DNA of 63,171 nt, filler included, from Reclinomonas americana ATCC 50394 (taxonomy: Eukaryota), in assembly GCA_048213135.1 (NCBI GenBank). It is 6 parts of 4 records of this genome, joined end to end, with 100 filler letters (N's around TTAATTAATTAA, not from the genome) between each part and the next. Parts side by side here need not be neighbours in the genome. Positions count along the whole stretch, not along the records: positions 17,645 to 26,100 come from PS015171.1; positions 26,201 to 53,856 come from PS015171.1; 4 more parts are not named here. One strand, 5' to 3'. Made by a program: the position numbers and the translations under genes. The notes beneath the pieces were generated by a model, which searched no databases, had not been told where the DNA came from, and saw only the letters and a program-made list of their open reading frames with translations. Shown piece after piece: positions 25,101-38,099 of this stretch. Within the stretch, counting starts at the first letter, position 1; each line of letters starts with the position of its first letter.

Positions 25101-26100
25101 AGTTGTCGGACGATCGCTTGATGGCCGAGTGCGTCAACAAGGGCAATGCCGTCGTGCTCAGCGATGAGCAGTTCAGTGCCGGCCGTCATTACGTCGAAGT
25201 GGAGATCACGGGCGACAACGGCGAGGTAAGTATTTGATGAAATCGCTTCTTGGAAGGTGTTTCGAGTTCTCATTCGCTCGCGCTTGCACAGTACTATGTG
25301 GCCGTCGGAGTGGCGCGCAGCGACATCAACGTTGACAGCGACCTCGGCTGCCACGATACCAAGAGCTTTGGCTATTGGTCATTAGGTACGGAACGAGGGG
25401 GGGTCCTCGGCTTTCTCTTTCCTATTTTCTGCCTGTCACGCAAGCCCCCAAAGCCGAATTGGTGTCGCGCGAGTTCCACGCGGCACTAATGGTCATGGCA
25501 TTGCAAGATTGAGAAGAAGGGAGTGGTGTAGTGGTTGCAGCAGAGTGGGCTCCGTGTGCCACACATCGTGTGGATCACGTGTGCCTCGGTAGAAGAGCAC
25601 TTTTGAGGCGTGCTCGGGTTTTAGCGCCTCTTTACATGCGGCTGCACCAGCACGTCGCAGGGGTTGTGACTTTGCTGACACTCGTGATATCATCGTGTGC
25701 GTGGTACACTTGTCTATCGGTTGCACACTGTTCCACCTCCTTCCGAGCGAACCCCAGGCCGCTCGTGCCCAGCGATGAGCTTGTGACTCGCGCATGAGCG
25801 AAGTGGGTACTTTCGCACATTTTTTCTCCTATTCCTCCTCCTCTTCCTCTTCCTCCTCCGCCGTCGCCTGTCTCTTCTGTTGCCGTTCTCTTGGTGCGCA
25901 ACTAATGTCGTTGGTGCAGGCAAGCTGTACCCGAACAATGTGCAGTACGGCGAACGCTTCACCAAGGGTGACCGCGTGGGCGTCTTTTTGGATTTCTCCG
26001 CTGGCACTCTCCACTTTTACAAGGTGCGTTCACGCAGCTGTGCCTCGTTTCTTTCCCCGTGTGCGCACATCTCTCATCCTCCACCTCGTACAGAACGACC
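22197..26100 (+). CDS. BTB-BACK-SPRY(B30.2) protein with low-complexity Q/P/H N-terminus; final exon lies on an inverted contig
   Basis: BTB (SGEFADFTLVL...RVHRILLSHQSGYFRALLSGDFRE, LLEYFYTGSVEV), BACK-like (LLSSDMLHVESEMTVY, IRFSFL) and SPRY (FSAGRHYVEVEI, VAVGVA, YGERFTKGDRVGVFLDFSAGTLHFYKN) motifs. Confidence 0.85.
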
Positions 26101-26200
26101 NNNNNNNNNNNNNNNNNNNNNNNNNNNNNNNNNNNNNNNNNNNNTTAATTAATTAANNNNNNNNNNNNNNNNNNNNNNNNNNNNNNNNNNNNNNNNNNNN

Positions 26201-26493
26201 GACACGGCGGCGGCAGCCAGTTGCGGAGCGCGAAGGAGACTGTTTGCACCTCCGCCGCCGCGAGATGCACTGCCACTGCCTGCAGCACTGGATGTGGGGA
26301 GAGCAGAGCGAGTGGCGGCGGCGGCAGCGGCGGCCGAGGCCGCAGCCTGTGCATTCAGTGGCACATCCACGGAACCGCGGCGCACAAGAACCCCGCCACC
26401 AAACGGCGTGGGAGTGACGCCGCCCAAGGCGCCGGTTCCACGGGGCGCAAGACCGCTACCACCGCCTTGAGTGGCGCCAAAGTGGACGCTCAT
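26201..26493 (-). CDS. N-terminal exon, probably of the large gene at 27547-36701 (contig apparently inverted)
   Basis: Open frame MSVHFGATQGGGSGLAPRG... runs into the gap. Flipping the contig places it upstream of, and co-directional with, the large gene. Confidence 0.5.
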
Positions 26494-26579
26494 CCTCGGA
26501 GCACAAAGTCGGCTGGCGGGAATGAATGAAGAATGTGTGGGACTGACTGAATGCACTTCAAGTTCGTTTTTCTTGTTTT

Positions 26580-26719
26580 TCACTCGGCTGTGCCGGCGGT
26601 GCGCTGGAATAATGGATCGCGTACGTACTTCTTGATGGTTACACAGTGCGACGAGTCGTACAGGTAGCAGGCAAAGTGGTAGCTGCCGGAGAGTGCGGAC
26701 GTCGCGAGGCCCATGTTAC
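26580..26719 (-). CDS. Terminal exon of the SPRY-domain gene (contig apparently inverted)
   Basis: NMGLATSALSGSYHFACYLYDSSHCVTIKKYVRDPLFQRTAGTAE-TGA is the expected SPRY continuation after FYKND. Confidence 0.7.
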
Positions 26720-27546
26720 NNNNNNNNNNNNNNNNNNNNNNNNNNNNNNNNNNNNNNNNNNNNNNNNNNNNNNNNNNNNNNNNNNNNNNNNNNNNNNNNN
26801 NNNNNNNNNNNNNNNNNNNNNNNNNNNNNNNNNNNNNNNNNNNNNNNNNNNNNNNNNNNNNNNNNNNNNNNNNNNNNNNNNNNNNNNNNNNNNNNNNNNN
26901 NNNNNNNNNNNNNNNNNNNNNNNNNNNNNNNNNNNNNNNNNNNNNNNNNNNNNNNNNNNNNNNNNNNNNNNNNNNNNNNNNNNNNNNNNNNNNNNNNNNN
27001 NNNNNNNNNNNNNNNNNNNNNNNNNNNNNNNNNNNNNNNNNNNNNNNNNNNNNNNNNNNNNNNNNNNNNNNNNNNNNNNNNNNNNNNNNNNNNNNNNNNN
27101 NNNNNNNNNNNNNNNNNNNNNNNNNNNNNNNNNNNNNNNNNNNNNNNNNNNNNNNNNNNNNNNNNNNNNNNNNNNNNNNNNNNNNNNNNNNNNNNNNNNN
27201 NNNNNNNNNNNNNNNNNNNNNNNNNNNNNNNNNNNNNNNNNNNNNNNNNNNNNNNNNNNNNNNNNNNNNNNNNNNNNNNNNNNNNNNNNNNNNNNNNNNN
27301 NNNNNNNNNNNNNNNNNNNNNNNNNNNNNNNNNNNNNNNNNNNNNNNNNNNNNNNNNNNNNNNNNNNNNNNNNNNNNNNNNNNNNNNNNNNNNNNNNNNN
27401 NNNNNNNNNNNNNNNNNNNNNNNNNNNNNNNNNNNNNNNNNNNNNNNNNNNNNNNNNNNNNNNNNNNNNNNNNNNNNNNNNNNNNNNNNNNNNNNNNNNN
27501 NNNNNNNNNNNNNNNNNNNNNNNNNNNNNNNNNNNNNNNNNNNNNA

Positions 27547-30500
27547 CTGTCATCGACCCCCGCCGGCGCTGGCGCCACTGGACCTCTCTCGCTCACGCTT
27601 TCCTACGATGATGGGAGGCGGCGACTTGGGCCGGATGGCGATGAAGACGACGAGGAGGACGACGATGATGATGATGATGACGACGATGAGGATGACTTGG
27701 ATGAGGATGATGATGGAGATGAGGAGGACACGGCGCAGATGGAGAGTGCGCGAGGTGTGGATGACGACGGTGGAGGCATTGGTGTTTCTCGGTACGTGCG
27801 TGTGTGTGTGCTTGTGCATGCCGTGCAAGGGAATGACAACTGAGATGCAATGCAGGCGGCGGTCGCGGTTGCGGCGCGCGGCGCGTCAGCCGTCGCTGCA
27901 GGAGTTGCCAGGGTTTGTGTTCGTAAAGTGCCGCGCAGGGTGCGTTCGACCTGACGCGGTCTCTTTCTGTGTCTGTGTGTGTGTTCCCCCGCGCGCAGTG
28001 TGCTGCCAATTCCGATGGAGTGGGAGATCGCATTCTACGCGCTGGCGCACTTGGTCTTCAAGCAGGGGGCGCTGGACGATGCGAATCGTGATCCAGTGAC
28101 CTTTATTCCGGAGAGTGCGGCCGCGGCAGTTCGCCTGGTTTCGTATGCCGCGATGGCTGAGAGCGTGTGTGAGTTGAGGTGACTGAAGAACTCGCGTCCA
28201 TTAGGGTCTGGCGCCCGGTACCTCCGACCCCAAGGCCAATCGACGACTTGAAGCCATTGCACGCGTGCTGGTGGAGGCGTTTGACGAGCAGGACGTGAGC
28301 AGCGACATGATCAAGGCGTTTGTGGACTCGTCAGCAGATCGCTCTGACGCGTTTGCCGAACTGCCGTTGCGTGTTGTGCTGCGACTCCACGTCTGCCTAC
28401 TCACTCACCCATTCACTTTCCACTGCCGCGCCTGCCTATTTTTGCAGTCGGATGGGAGATGAGGTCCGTGACCGCACTGGCAAGCTGGTGCAGCGCTACA
28501 AGTTCTTCCAGCCCCAGTGGCAGAGTGTGTTTGGTGCTGGCCATCGCGCACGCAACCTGGACGCTCTCAAGCAAGCCATTGTTCGCATGCGCACTGCATA
28601 CAACCGCTCTGGTGTGCACGATGTGTGCGATCCAGTTGTCTCGCCTGCTGTCGGTTCTCACTGATCGCTCGCCCTGCAGATCTGGCAGAGGAAATGGTGC
28701 GACGCCGATCCGACGATGCACGCATGCTGGAGCGCATTGACAAGGGACTCCGGCTGCGCTTGAGTCATCTGCTGAAGAAGGAGGTGTTCTTCTATCGGTG
28801 AGACATGCCCTTCTATCTATGTGCATGTTGCACTCGCACGTGGACTCATCAAGTCTGCAGCTACGTGTGGGTCAACGGAGCGCACTATTATTTGTGCTTG
28901 TGCGCCAAGAGCTTCTGCCTTGTGCGTGGCAAGCCGCTGCGCGACGTCGACAGCGTACTGTACGCACACATTACGCGTATCACGGAGGACGAAGAAGACA
29001 TGGGACTTGTGCAGCTGACCATCCAGAACCACGTTGCGCTGGCACTCGGTGTGCTCACAAGACCGTTGAGTGCATGCAATTCACACTCTGTGCGTGCACA
29101 GGACGACCTCTTTATCCAGGCGGACTGTCTTCGCGAGATCGTCACCGAGCTGTGTGTGCAGTGGAAGACCGACTACATGATGCGCAAGCGCGAGGTGAAG
29201 AACATTGCCGTGGAACGCGGCATCTGCCGCTTCCCACGTGGCCTCAAGCGCCCGTACGAGCAGTACGCATCGTTCATTACGCCGCCGTTTGGGTGCGTTG
29301 TGTGGGTGCGCTTGCAATGTTGGTGCACATGCGTGCTCACTCTGCGCGTGAGCAGCATGAGCCTCGTGCGCTTCGGTGTGGGTGAGCACACAAACCATTA
29401 CTTCTTTTTCAAGCCCGACAACTTCGTCTTCAATCAGCAACGCACGGATGCGATTCTTCGCCGACACCGCGATGAGGATCAGCAGCGGTTCGCCGAGAGG
29501 AAGCCACCGAAACATCGTGATCGTCAGTACCTGGCATTCCACAATGGTTTGCATTGTTGATGCACACAGGCGTGATTGTGTTGCTGACAAATCTGTGGCA
29601 GAGACGGAGACTCCACCAGTGGCGTTCCTCACGGTCGAAGTGAAGCCGCCCAAGGTCGTTCACTTTGTCAATCGCAGTGACAAGATTGTGTGTCGCCTGA
29701 AGGCCGAGACGCGAGCCAAGCGCGTGTTTGTTGCGTCCCAGTGCGCCGTCATGGCTGCACCCCCCTCCTGTGTCTCACTTCGAGGTGCAGAATGTGTTCG
29801 AGGACTTTGAGTCCATGCGGTCGCACTCGTACCGCAAGCGCGCAAATCTTTCGTGTGATCCCTCCACGTGGTACTGCCATGAGGTTCGTAAGAGAGGGAG
29901 AGAGCGGTTGTGCTTTGTATGTGCAGTGCTGTTGCTCAACGACGTCGGTGGTTTGTAGGTGCATCTCAAGTCGGGGAAGCGCTCAGTTGGCGTCATTTAC
30001 GCTCGTCGCAAGTGTTCGTCACCGTTATTTGTTTGTACCCCGTCTCCAATTGTTGCGTCGGCTAATGTCGCTATGTGTGTGTGCGCGCACAGTCATTCCG
30101 CCGGATGCCGACACATATCAGGACTTTGTGCTTGTGCTGGAGCAGAACCGCACCAGCGTGGACGGTAAGATGATGCGCGTGCGTGTGCCGCAGATCTATT
30201 CGTGATTGACCATGTTGGACACACTTTGGCAGCCTCCGTGAAGCAAACTCGAAAGGATTTGACTGGTTTGTTTTTGAATGTGCACACATGCACGTTGCCA
30301 CCGTGCACTGAGTGTTGGCGTTGTGTGCAGCTGAGCTGTGGGAGAAGATTCATCTGTATGACAAGCTCCACTATGACAGCAAACGCAGCTTCCAACAGCG
30401 TGTCCTCGATCCCATTGGTGAGCACATGAGCGCTATCAATTACCTCACAATCGTGTTTCACACTGTCTTCTGGGTGCAGACGGCAGTCAAAAAGTGCTCT

Positions 30501-33500
30501 TCAGTGATGAGATTGTTCGACCGCGGCGGCAGGACGACGGCGCGAACGGTTTGCACACAATTAGCATGACGCGTTACATGTGGACTCACGTCGAATGTTC
30601 CCCCTGGACAGCGGAGGAGGTGAATCAAGCGATTGTCATCACCAACTGGGGTGTGTATTTTGTGGAGCCAGCGTTTCAGGATTCACTGCGAGAGTCCTTC
30701 TCCTGGCATCATGTGCATCGTTGCGTCACTTCTTTCTCTCTAACTACGAAGTCGCGTTCTCACGGCAGTGCAGGCGTCGAGATTCACGACTTCACCACGG
30801 CGCCGTCGTCGGACGGCTTTATCCACGTGCCGGATCCCGACGTCATTGGCAATTCATCGCGCAGCAGTGTGACCAATGTCAACACGACGCCTTCAGAGCT
30901 CTTGCTCCGACCAGGACTGCTATACATGCGCCTTGTTCGCCTGGAGGTGCGTGCTGAGTCGTTTGCTCGTCATGGCCGCAGTCGTGTGTCACAGTGCTGG
31001 GCTGTTTGTGCTGCAGCGCGCGGCTGGCCATTCGAGTACATACATTGGTCCGCTGTTTGCCTGCGCCAACCGGAACACCCTTGTGCCGCTGGTGTGCCGC
31101 ATCATGAAGCTGCTCGTCAGTCGTCCGATCATGCCGTGGGTTGCGTTCGACCATCCTTTTGTTTGAGTTGTGGTAACGATGCCCGCTCGGAACTGACAGA
31201 CATTGGTGTGCAGACCTTCCAAGACGGCGTCCCTGTTGGCGATGTTGGTGGCCCCATGCAGCCCGGCGACACACATGGCACTCAACTGCGAGGCTCCGAG
31301 AGTCGAGTCGATCTCGACGTGGACCCCGTGGTGAATGCCATCGGCACCGAGTTGTCTACGGGTTCGTGAGTTTTTCGCGATATGTTTCCTCCTCTCCGCA
31401 CCAGCTAATGATGATAATGATGATGCACGCAGATGTATTCATGGCACCACTGCAAGAAATGTGTGACACCCTATCGCACTTCCCCATCGAGTTCCAGTAC
31501 GACTTGCTGCGCATGCGAGCCAAACTGGAGACCTTGGCATATCCTTTGTTCTTGAGCTTTTTTTGCTCGTTCCCCGCTCAGTGTGTATTGTCCTGTGACA
31601 CTTGACTCCACCTCTGGTTGTTTGCGTGCGCCACTGTTGACGTCCCGACGTTGGAGTGGGCAGACGTGCATTTGCAGATGCGACCGGTGCTGGAGACAAT
31701 TCGAGATCATCCCGACCCGCAAGCTCGCAGATTCCCAGGTGCAGTCGGTTGACTCAACTGCGCTGTCGTGCCTTGGCTCACCCCCTTGTGTGTGTGCGCC
31801 GCAGGACTGGAGTACGACGCCGAGCCAGAAACGCCAGCGCAGCGGTTGACCAGTCGTGATCGTGCCATGACTTTTTATCGCGCTGTGACGCAGCTCCTGG
31901 AGGAGACCAATCCCAACCTGGCCCGAGATTTCGAAAAGTTGAGCGCCCATGATGAGCAACATATCCTCCTCCTCTGCACGCCGATACTCACCTGTTATCT
32001 ACGCGCAGTGATGATCCTTCGCGACCCGTGGACGAGCGCAAGGCGCTGTGCTGGGTGCGCCGTGGCGCGACAGTGGCCGATGTGATTGAGCATCTGGAGA
32101 ACAATGTTGACTCGCCTGGTGAGAGCGGGGTGCTGCCACTGTGCGGAATGCCATTGATGAATTCGTTCACACGCCTTTGTTGCGCAAATGCAGAGGTGGC
32201 CACACCGAATCTGGTGATGCCTGAGAATGCTGGTACGTACCAGCTGGAGAGGGGGGGGGGGGGGCGGCTGCATCGTTCCACGCGTGCACTCATTGCTTGT
32301 GTGTGTTGCACAGACATCAATGAGGAAGAAGTTCGCTTGATGTACCCACCGAAGCGGGCTGTAGTCATCAACGACACTGTGGTGTACTTCAAGTTCTACT
32401 TCCGCCCGCGCAATTCTGCGCAACTGGCGCAAGGAGTTGCGTCGCTGATTGCGTTGACGGCCACCCTGTCGGTAACTACGCACGCTCATCCGTGCGTGTG
32501 TAACAGGACGATGTGCCGTACGACAGCCAGTACATCATTGTGCGAGTCGTCAACAAGTTGAACGTCGTTCTCAACGGCCCCATCCAGAGCGATGGGTTGC
32601 GTATCGGCGACGCACTGCCGTACGAACCCTCGTATCGCTATGTCTTCCGCTGGAAGGTCTGTTGTTTGTCGCCAGCTGGCGCGACTGTAGATCCGTGCTC
32701 AACTGTAGGTAGGTGCCACCGACGGCGCTTGCCCTGCCGTCCAAGTCGTACCGACTGGAGGTGCATCATCGTAACTTGACGCAGCACGCATACTCCGAGT
32801 ACTTCCCCATCGAGGTCTCCGAGGACTGGGAACGGTGGCGAGCAAGGCTCAGTGCCTACCTAGCCTCGTTCATCGATGGCGTTCTGGGCTGTCCGTGCTC
32901 CCTTGCCGACGTGGTGGGCGCGGTCATTCAGTACGAAGAGGAACTGGCCGGCCGCATGTCGCGCCTGGTGAACACGCTGCTGTTGGTTGGTGGAACTCAA
33001 AGTGGCTTCAGGAGAGAAGGAGGTACTCATTGCTTTGCTGCCACAGAAACCGTCGATTGCAGGTCTCGTGCACGGCGGCATGGCTGGTAGCCGTGGTGCG
33101 CTCATCGGTTCCACCGACTCCATACAGCGGCAGGGCACAGATTCGCGCTTCGCGGGTCGTGTTTCCACTGGTTCCATTCCAACGTGCGTGTTATGTGCTG
33201 TGTGGTTTCTATTGAATTGCGAGACTCATCATCATCATCATGTCGTTTTGTCGCAGGACCGTGACGGCAACTTCGTCGGGATCGCTACCAGTGGTGCAAG
33301 TTGTGGGCGAGGACGAGATTCACCAGGAATCGCAGCGCACAAAGGCATTGCTGAAGCAGGTATCATAATGCGCACGCACGCGGAATGTGCACGCTGCCGT
33401 CTTTGACACAGATGTGATACAGTTGCACGAGCTGCTGGATTACTTTATGCATCTGCGGCCAGTGGTTGGATCACTCGACATTATCACAGAGCACCCAAAG

Positions 33501-36500
33501 CTCGCCGATCGGGAGGGTTTGTGTTTGGCAGTCAGTGAGAACGCAAGGGCTGTCGTGATCATCGATTGACCTTTGAGATGTGTTGCCAGTGGCCACCATT
33601 CGCACGGCTGGTCCTGCGCAGCAGGCACTGCCACCACTCGAGGTCGCTGCCGGCGACTGGCTTCCAGGCATGGCGCCATCGTCTGTCGGCTCGCCAATGT
33701 CTGTCGATGTGCGTTGTCGATTGCTTGATGACTTGAAACATGGTCGAATGCTCACTGTTTTATTCGTGTAGGGTGCCGGTATCGGCGTTGGCTTTGGTGG
33801 TGGAGGGGGCGGTTTCGGTCACTCACAGCCGCCGCGTGGAGGAGTGCAGGAACCGAGTTCGTTTTTGGCCAATGTCACATCAGCAGCGGCGGCTCCTGTG
33901 AGTTTTCTTCCAGTTGTTGTTGTGATGGTAGCATATCGCACAGTGCTTATGGTGGATGGATATATCGTGCAGGGCTTTGGTGACGAAAGCGGCTCCGCAG
34001 CTGGCCGTGTGATGCGTGATGTGGCGCTGTCGCACGCTTCTGGCGCCGCGCCAAGCCTGGAAGTGGCGGATCCGTATCGTGTGGGTCGCGAGGCTGGTGC
34101 AGTGGCGTTTGCAGAGACCAGCGAAGCGCTGTGGCTGCTGGAGAAACGTTGAGCGTCGCCGAGTGCACACACACACAGACACAAATGACTGCATGATGCT
34201 GACTCTGATCACAGGTCTTCCGGTTCCGTCTGGCGGCCTTGCTGGTGATCGCAGCGGTACGCATCGCGAGGCTCGACCACGCGTCACCACGGCCTTTGTC
34301 GGAGAGGCGTTCAGTTATCAGATGATGCCCTTGCGACAGCGGGTGAGATGCATGTTGCGACTCTCACGCACGTGCATGCCGAGTGCTCACTGCTGAACAT
34401 CCTAAGTTCCGTCGCGTCACTGAGCGACGCACCGAGCTGTTAGACGCCGACGAGGTTCGGTTCAAGGAGGAGCGCGGCCAGGTGGACTACCCGATCCTCG
34501 AGTACCGACCAGATCACTATCCACTTCGCGTGGAGAAGCTCGTCCGTTTCGCCTTCAACGAGCACGTATTCCTTGCGCTGTTGGACGCCAAGTATTTCGA
34601 GTACGTGTTCCGCGTACGACCCGGTGAGAATGAGCAGGGTGAAGGGGAAAGTGAATCGGTGTGGTTACTGACGTGTGTGTTGTCGCAGACTCCGACCCGG
34701 ATCTCATGCGCTTGGCGCAGCTGGAGGACGTGCTCAAGGCCGCTCGACCGCAACCTGATCTGGCCACAGTTGTTCGCTTGCGCCGACGCAGTGAGCGACA
34801 GTGTCGCATGTTACGGAGACACCGAATGCTGATGATAGATAACAGAGCACTGAATCATTAGCTCTTCTGTGCAGGTTTGTCGGCTTCTTCATGCAGATTC
34901 TGCAGCAGCCGCTGCTGTCGGATCAGTTGGTGGCTGTTGTGTGCCAGTACCTTGCTGCATGGGTCACCAAGCGCTACTACATTCACCAGATCATGGCCTA
35001 CTCGCACGAATGCATCACAACACTCCTTCGATTGTTCCCGGTACGCATGTGCGTACTCCTCTGATGTTTGTCCGTGTTTCGCCAACGGCGATTGTTGCAT
35101 GCGGCAGGGTTCCGACTTGTCAGTCGGACATGCGCACAAGGACGAGACAGCATTGATCACAGTAACCACCATGCTGATCAATCTCACGGCCACACCCGCT
35201 GCCGGCAACCGTGGTACGTACACACTGTCGCGGAGACTTGAGTGCCACTGTTGTTGTTCTTCTTGTTTGTCATCGTTATCACACCATGCAGACATCTTGG
35301 CTCGCTCGCGAGGAACAACGGTCTGTGTGTCGGTCACTTTATCGATGGCCTTCTTTTTAGTAGTCTGTGCTCACTCTTGGCAACACAGGACGCACACAGC
35401 AGCCACACCGGCGATCATCTGGAGAGCGTACAAGAGGTTGCTCGTCGAAATATCTTCTTCCACGTTGCGTCTCTTCGGTAATCCGTCGTCGTTGTCATCC
35501 ATTTGTTAACAATTCGTCTCTGTCTGCAGTTGCGGCTCCTGCGACCGTTGATCAACCGGCTGTCGAAGCGAGATGTCCGGCTGTCGGCATACCTTACCAA
35601 GCTCTTTGGCAACATTGTCAGCAACCCCGAGTCTCCCACGCGACCACTGCTGCTGCATCACGCTCGTGCGTCCACTGTGTCTGATCACCCACGGTGCACT
35701 GATGATTACCGTCAAGTTTTTCTCACCGTATTGTGTGTCAGGTCTCACGGAGAAACTGATTGCGTTGCTGGAGCCATCGCAATTCCCAACAAAGTCCAAG
35801 GAAGACATGTGGGACGCGGCGGCAAACTGTTTGTGGTGCGTACTGCACTCTTTTCGTTTGTTTGCATGTTCCACTAAAAACTGCGTAGGAAAATGTGCCG
35901 TGCCGTCGACGACGTGCGCATGGCCGTGGTCAAGGACACCAGTGCTGTGCCGTACCTCACTCGGCTCCTGGCGCAGCGCTGCCCCAGTGACACCATGCGC
36001 TTGCAGAAGACCGTGCGTCAATGGAACAGTGCTTTGCATGGTGGTGCATTCCGTCCCTCATGCGCAGCTCTTTGCCAGGTGGCGGGCACGTTGATGCATC
36101 TGTGCAAGAAGCCGGTGGTCACCGAAGACGGTCCAAACAAACAGGCCGAGGACGTGTGTCTGATGGCGCAAAACAAGGCACGCAAAGCCAACGCAGTGGC
36201 CTACCTGCTGGAGAACTTGAGGGTTTGTCTGGTGATCATCACAGTTGTTTGTTTCAGTGGACTGATTCACGATTGACAGGCGGCAAACACATCGCTCACG
36301 GACGCGGCCAACCCGCGAGAAGAGGCCGTGCAGCAGATGCTGAGTAGCATGACCAGTTTTGTCGGTAAGTCTCACTTTTGCAGCATTGGTTCTTCATTGC
36401 AAGTCTCACCCCTTTTTTGCGTACAGCGTGTCTTCTGGCCTTGAGCGACAACCGTGAGTGTGTGGCACACATGTGCTCGTCGGCCTCGCCGACACGCGAG

Positions 36501-36701
36501 CTGCTGTCACAAATAAGAACGAAGCAACAACGCATGCGGGACAGCTACGACACCGAAGAGCCCGTTATCCAGTTTTGGAGGTACCTCACGGCACTGGATG
36601 TGAAGCTGCAGCGGGAGGATGATCGACAGCGACGAGAGGCGACTGGTGTATCATCGCATGCGTCAGTGGCCAGTGCAGCGGTCGCATCTGCGCCTGTCTG
36701 A
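27547..36701 (+). CDS. Very large hypothetical protein with acidic N-terminus, PH-like segments and C-terminal ARM-like helical repeats
   Basis: Dozens of GT-AG exons; those traced join in frame (the 33-34 kb part was not fully traced). PH-like segments are YYLCLCAKSFCLV and LFSDEIV...AIVITNWGVYFVEP. ARM-like segments are RLTEKLIALL...WDAAANCLWKMC, AVPYLTRLL and VAGTLMHLC. Stop TGA at 36699-36701. Confidence 0.7.
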
Positions 36702-36745
36702 CGGGATGTAGTACAACGAAAAGGTGCTTCTTTTTTATCACAAGT

Positions 36746-38074
36746 TCATCGTCTGCCTCGAAAAGGTGCACGACGCTTCTGTCGCTGCAGCTCGCGATCT
36801 TCGGCGACAGCCTTTTGGAGGTCGAACTCAAAGGCATCGCACTCGACGACGGGAGGCACCTGATCACTGCTGATCGGGGTCAGCACGCAGCAGCCTCAGT
36901 GACAGCGAAAACACACGAGCATGCAACTGATGCAGTTGAGGATCGTGACGGGTCGCCTTGTCCGGCGTCGGGAGCTGCACAATGGCGGAGAGTGCATCGC
37001 CAACAGTCGACGAATGCGACTGACAGTCGGACTCAAACACGAGATCGTTGTGCCAGCTGGGGGTGCCTTCACCTTCGGATCCACACAGCGTCACCCCTTC
37101 CGGCCCGAAATCATCCAACGAAAGAGCTCCTTCGTAGACATCCGAAGCCTCCTCACACGCCAAGTCCACGTCGCTTGAGATGTCGTCAACAGTATCGTCG
37201 TCCAACACGTGGGTGGGACCGCGACCGGCCAGCTGGTACAAAGCTTGCGAGGCCTCCTGCTCCACAAGTGTCAGCATTTTTCGTTNNNNNNNNNNNNNNN
37301 NNNNNNNNNNNNNNNNNNNNNNNNNNNNNNNNNNNNNNNNNNNNNNNNNNNNNNNNNNNNNNNNNNNNNNNNNNNNNNNNNNNNNNNNNNNNNNNNNNNN
37401 NNNNNNNNNNNNNNNNNNNNNNNNNNNNNNNNNNNNNNNNNNNNNNNNNNNNNNNNNNNNNNNNNNNNNNNNNNNNNNNNNNNNNNNNNNNNNNNNNNNN
37501 NNNNNNNNNNNNNNNNNNNNNNNNNNNNNNNNNNNNNNNNNNNNNNNNNNNNNNNNNNNNNNNNNNNNNNNNNNNNNNNNNNNNNNNNNNNNNNNNNNNN
37601 NNNNNNNNNNNNNNNNNNNNNNNNNNNNNNNNNNNNNNNNNNNNNTGTCCACCAGCGGGTAATCCATGGTGTCACACAGGGGCTCCACAATGCTGCACAA
37701 GAGACGGACTTCTCGGCTGGTCAACTGCCAGGCGCCGCCAAGATCACCACAAAGCCGGACAACTTGACCTAATTGAAGTGATGGACCAATTCGTTCAATC
37801 GACCAATTTTCCCGAGCATGCACACTGCGATCAATTCACCTGGCATCAGTCGAGTGCCCAGCGCACGATGGACCACGCAGCAGGCGTTGACGTGGTGTCC
37901 GGTGCGGCGGAATAAAATGGAGACGTCGAATGAGTCGGCAAATATCGATGTTGAGTTTCGACGAATGTGTGCTTCTGCTTGTCGGTGGTAATCGGTGGAG
38001 GACACTGAAACATGTGCCATGACAGCGCACAGTTCGCCTGCGGCAGCCTCCTCACTTTCGACTTCTCTCCACAT
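36746..38074 (-). CDS. Hypothetical protein; N-terminal part possibly OB-fold (Ten1-like), acidic C-terminal half; spans a gap
   Basis: MWREVESEE... splices to GQVVRLCGDL...CDTMDYPLVD. After the gap comes an acidic exon and a last exon VPPVVECDAFEFDLQKAVAEDRELQRQKRRAPFRGRR-TGA. Confidence 0.5.
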
Positions 38075-38099
38075 CTGGCGTGGTGTTCGTTTCGTTTTA

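Noticed and set aside
32250-32263. Poly-G run
   Set aside because: A simple homopolymer inside a short intron with no further structure.
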